Source: Prorocentrum cordatum (Eukaryota). Taken from it: a stretch of 51,719 nucleotides of DNA. Position 1 is the stretch's first letter, and the number at the start of each line of letters is the position of its first letter. The notes under the pieces are model-generated. The model was not told the origin of the DNA and did not search any database. It saw only the letters and a list, made by a program, of their open reading frames with translations. The position numbers were made by a program, and so were the translations under genes. The DNA lies in NCBI GenBank assembly GCA_963575745.1, contig CAUYUJ010000015.1:620001-671719 (forward strand). The letters run 5' to 3'. Positions 49,065 to 51,719 of this stretch are shown one piece after another.

Positions 49065-50340
49065 CCACCCCCAGAATCCTCCCCACGTGTGCCCCTCCTC
49101 TCTCCCTTCTCCTCCTCCTCCTCCTCCTCCTCCTCATCCTCATCCTCATCCTCATCCTCATCCTCATCCTCATCCTCATCCTCATCCTCCTCCCCCTCCT
49201 CCTCCTCCTCCTCCTCCTCCTCCTCCTCCTCCTCCTCCTCCTCCTCCTCCTCTTTCTCCTCCGCCTCCTCCTCCCCTCTTCTCCTCCTCCTCCTCCTCCT
49301 CCTCCTCCTCCTCCTCCTCTCCTCCTCCTCCTCCTCCTCCTCCTCCTCCTCCTCCTCCTCCTCCTCCTCCTCCTCCTCCTCCTCCTCCTCCTCCTCCTCC
49401 TCCTCCTCCTCCTCCTCCTGGTTCTGGTTCTGGTTGAGGCGCACCCAAGTGGGGCGCGTTGGTGCCGAAGCCCCGGGCAAAGGGCAGGCATACGCAGTCC
49501 CGAGTAGGGCGCTGGCAGTGGGGCAAGTGCCCGGCGCGCGTGCCCGCTCCCAGGGGGGCCGGGTGTCGCTTCATGCGAGACAGTTGTAGGGGCCCCCTGG
49601 GAGCCGCGCCTGCCACGTCGCCACCCCCAGAATCCTCCCCACGTGTGCCCCTCCTCTCTCCCTTCTCCTCCTCCTCCTCATCCTACTGCCTCCTCCTCCC
49701 CCTCCTCCTCCTCCTCCTCCTCCTCCTCCCCTACCTCCTCCTCCCTCTCCCTCCTCCTCCTCCTCCTCCTCCTCCTCCTCCTCCTCCTCCTTCTCTTTCT
49801 CTTTTCTCATTTCTCCGCCTCCTCCTCCACCTCCTCCTCCTCCTCCTCCTCTTCCTCCTCCTCCTCCTCCTCCTCCTATCGCTTAACCTCCTCTCCCTCC
49901 TCCTCCTCCTCCTCTCCTCCTCCTCCTCTTCCTCCTCCTCCTCCTCCTCCTCCTCCCCTCCTCCTCCTCCTCCTCCTTATCCTCCTCCTCCTCCACCTCT
50001 CTCCTCCTCCCCTCCTCCTCCCCTCCTCCTCCTCCTCCTCCTCTCCTCCTCCTCTTTCTCCTCTCCTCCTCTCTCCTCCTCCTCGCTCCTCCTCCTCCTC
50101 CTCCTCCTCCTCCTCCTCCTCCTCCTTATCCGCCTCCTCCTCCTCCTACCTCCTCCTCCTCCTCCTCCTCTTTCCCTCTCCACCTCCTCCTCCTCCTCCT
50201 CCTCCTCTCCTCCTCCTCCTCCTCCTCCTCCTCCTCCTCCTCCTCCTCCTCCTCCTCTCTCCTCCTCCTTCTCCTCCTTCTCCTCCTCTTCCTCCTCCTC
50301 CCCCTCCTCCTCTTCCTCCTCCTCCTCCTCCTCCTCCTCA
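49065..50340. repeat. Two (TCC)n tracts, each headed by the same ~59-bp sequence
   Basis: CCACCCCCAGAATCCTCCCCACGTGTGCCCCTCCTCTCTCCCTTCTCC... at 49065 and 49621. Confidence 0.85.
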
Positions 50341-51719
50341 CGTGCCGCGTCTCTGGGCGGGGTACCAGTGGCAGGGGGCGGGCACGCCAGATTCTGAGAC
50401 CACGCGTGCGCTGACTTGCGCTTTACGGGAGGATTCGCAGTTACCCGCGGCCGCCGACCTCGCCAGCGACCTGATGCTTGAAGCCTCATCACTGGCGGCG
50501 CTGGACGCCGCCGCGCCGCTGCGCCTGGCGGCAGTCCTGCATGCCGATGATCCTGTCCTGCTGTCCTCCACCAGGGGAGGAGCGCAAATCGCGCAGAACA
50601 CGCTAGCGGAATGGGCCTTCACCTACAAGGCCTCTCCTCACACCAAGCCCTCCAAACACGCAGTGGTTGTCCACGGATCACCTTCTGCCAGGAGGGCGGG
50701 GGCAGCCGCCGTGCCCCTCACCCTGCCCCTCAAGGGAGGAACTCCTGTCAGGCTGGGTTTCAAAAGCGCACACCAGTGGCTCGGACTGATGTGGCCAGGA
50801 GACCTCGACCTCGAACGGATCATGGACGCCCGGCTGGGCGCGGCGTCTGCGCAGTGTGCATCTGGTAGGGCACGTCACCGCGGGGGTCGTGCCGTTCGCC
50901 GTCGCAGCCCACATCTTCGAGTCCCAGGTCGAAGGTGCGCTCCGATTCGGCCGGTGGCTCTGCGCGGTGGCTGAGGGGGCGCCGGGCAAACTGCAACAAA
51001 ACTACAGTGCCTGGGCGCGCGCTTTCCTGGGCGCCCCGCCCTGGCGTCGTCCGGGTCTGGCTCTCTCGGAATTGGGATGGTCGCTCTCTGGGCCAGCCAG
51101 GGCCGCGTGCGAGGTCGCAACCAGGCGCGCTGGCCTCTAGAGGCTTCAAGAAGATGATTTATACAGGCGCATTTTCCTGCGAGCTCACGGCACGGGGGGG
51201 CGATCCTGGGCACAGCGGTCGCTCGCTCTACTCGAGCACTGGTCCATTCCTGATTGGCCTGCATGGGAGGCCGCGCGCAGCGGTCAGTCCCTGCGCCAGT
51301 ACAAAACATTCGTGCGAGCTCACTTGGCTGAACGCTGCGAGGCGGAGCTGAGGCAGACGCTGAGCCTCCAAACGAGGCCGCTCCCGGTCCTCAGATTTGG
51401 GCCGGTCCCCAGGCAGGATCTTGCGCGGGCTCTGAAACAAGAGCTACCATTTGATGTGCTATTGGGTCAGCGCTCGCTGAGCAGGATACGAGGGCGGCTT
51501 GTGGCCTTCAGCCACTGTTCTGGCAATGTCTCTACGGCGCGGAGGCAGTCCTGCGTAATGTGCGGCATGCAGACCCTGAGCCCCACGTTCCACGTCCTCG
51601 GGCTGCGCTCTCGCACGGAGCTCCCCCGTCGCGCCTTCTGGGAGACCCGTGGAGGCCCAGCCCCCTCCTCAGCGGAGGCGGCGGCTGCAGCGATCCCCTC
51701 TGCAGGCCCGACGGATGCA
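50339..51719 (+). pseudogene. Non-LTR retrotransposon ORF2 3' half (RT YADD region, thumb, zinc knuckle), decayed; runs off the window
   Basis: VLHADDPVLLSS...QNTLAEW (~50535-50615), HQWLG (KYLG position), ALRFG...AFLGAPPW...ALSELGWSL, CVMCGMQTLSPTFHVL (~51552-51600). Frameshifts and stops present. Confidence 0.85.

Overview
GC-rich, repeat-dominated eukaryotic genomic DNA, most likely from a dinoflagellate: a 21/22 match to the dinoflagellate spliced leader (SL) lies at 7177-7198, with several decayed SL relics elsewhere. Most ORFs in the supplied track are artefacts of microsatellites and high GC. Supportable content: (1) a decayed, near full-length APE-type LINE (ORF1 plus EN-RT ORF2, ~7.2-12.05 kb) whose 5' end starts with the SL; (2) a decayed Ty1/copia pol (INT-RT-RH, ~21.2-25.35 kb); (3) further LINE remnants at ~19.2-19.8 kb and 49.4-51.7 kb; (4) a probable coiled-coil protein gene (45434-47222) with a 151-bp intron flanked by a CAGGTC direct repeat; (5) a retrogene-like ORF behind three tandem SL relics (14.36-15.8 kb); (6) many micro- and minisatellites. 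The most striking unexplained structure is a set of 0.85-1.6 kb non-coding elements (500-1599, 1597-2712, 2713-3560, 3562-5186, 42692-43958). They share one terminal grammar: ATT + mini-hairpin + inverted-repeat arm ... GGCCTCTTGG minisatellite ... hairpin containing the complementary arm + ATT. The arm sequence differs completely between subfamilies, yet it is complementary within each element that has both ends. This suggests non-autonomous rolling-circle (Helitron2/Helentron-like) transposons. All motif calls were made by eye; no database searches were run.
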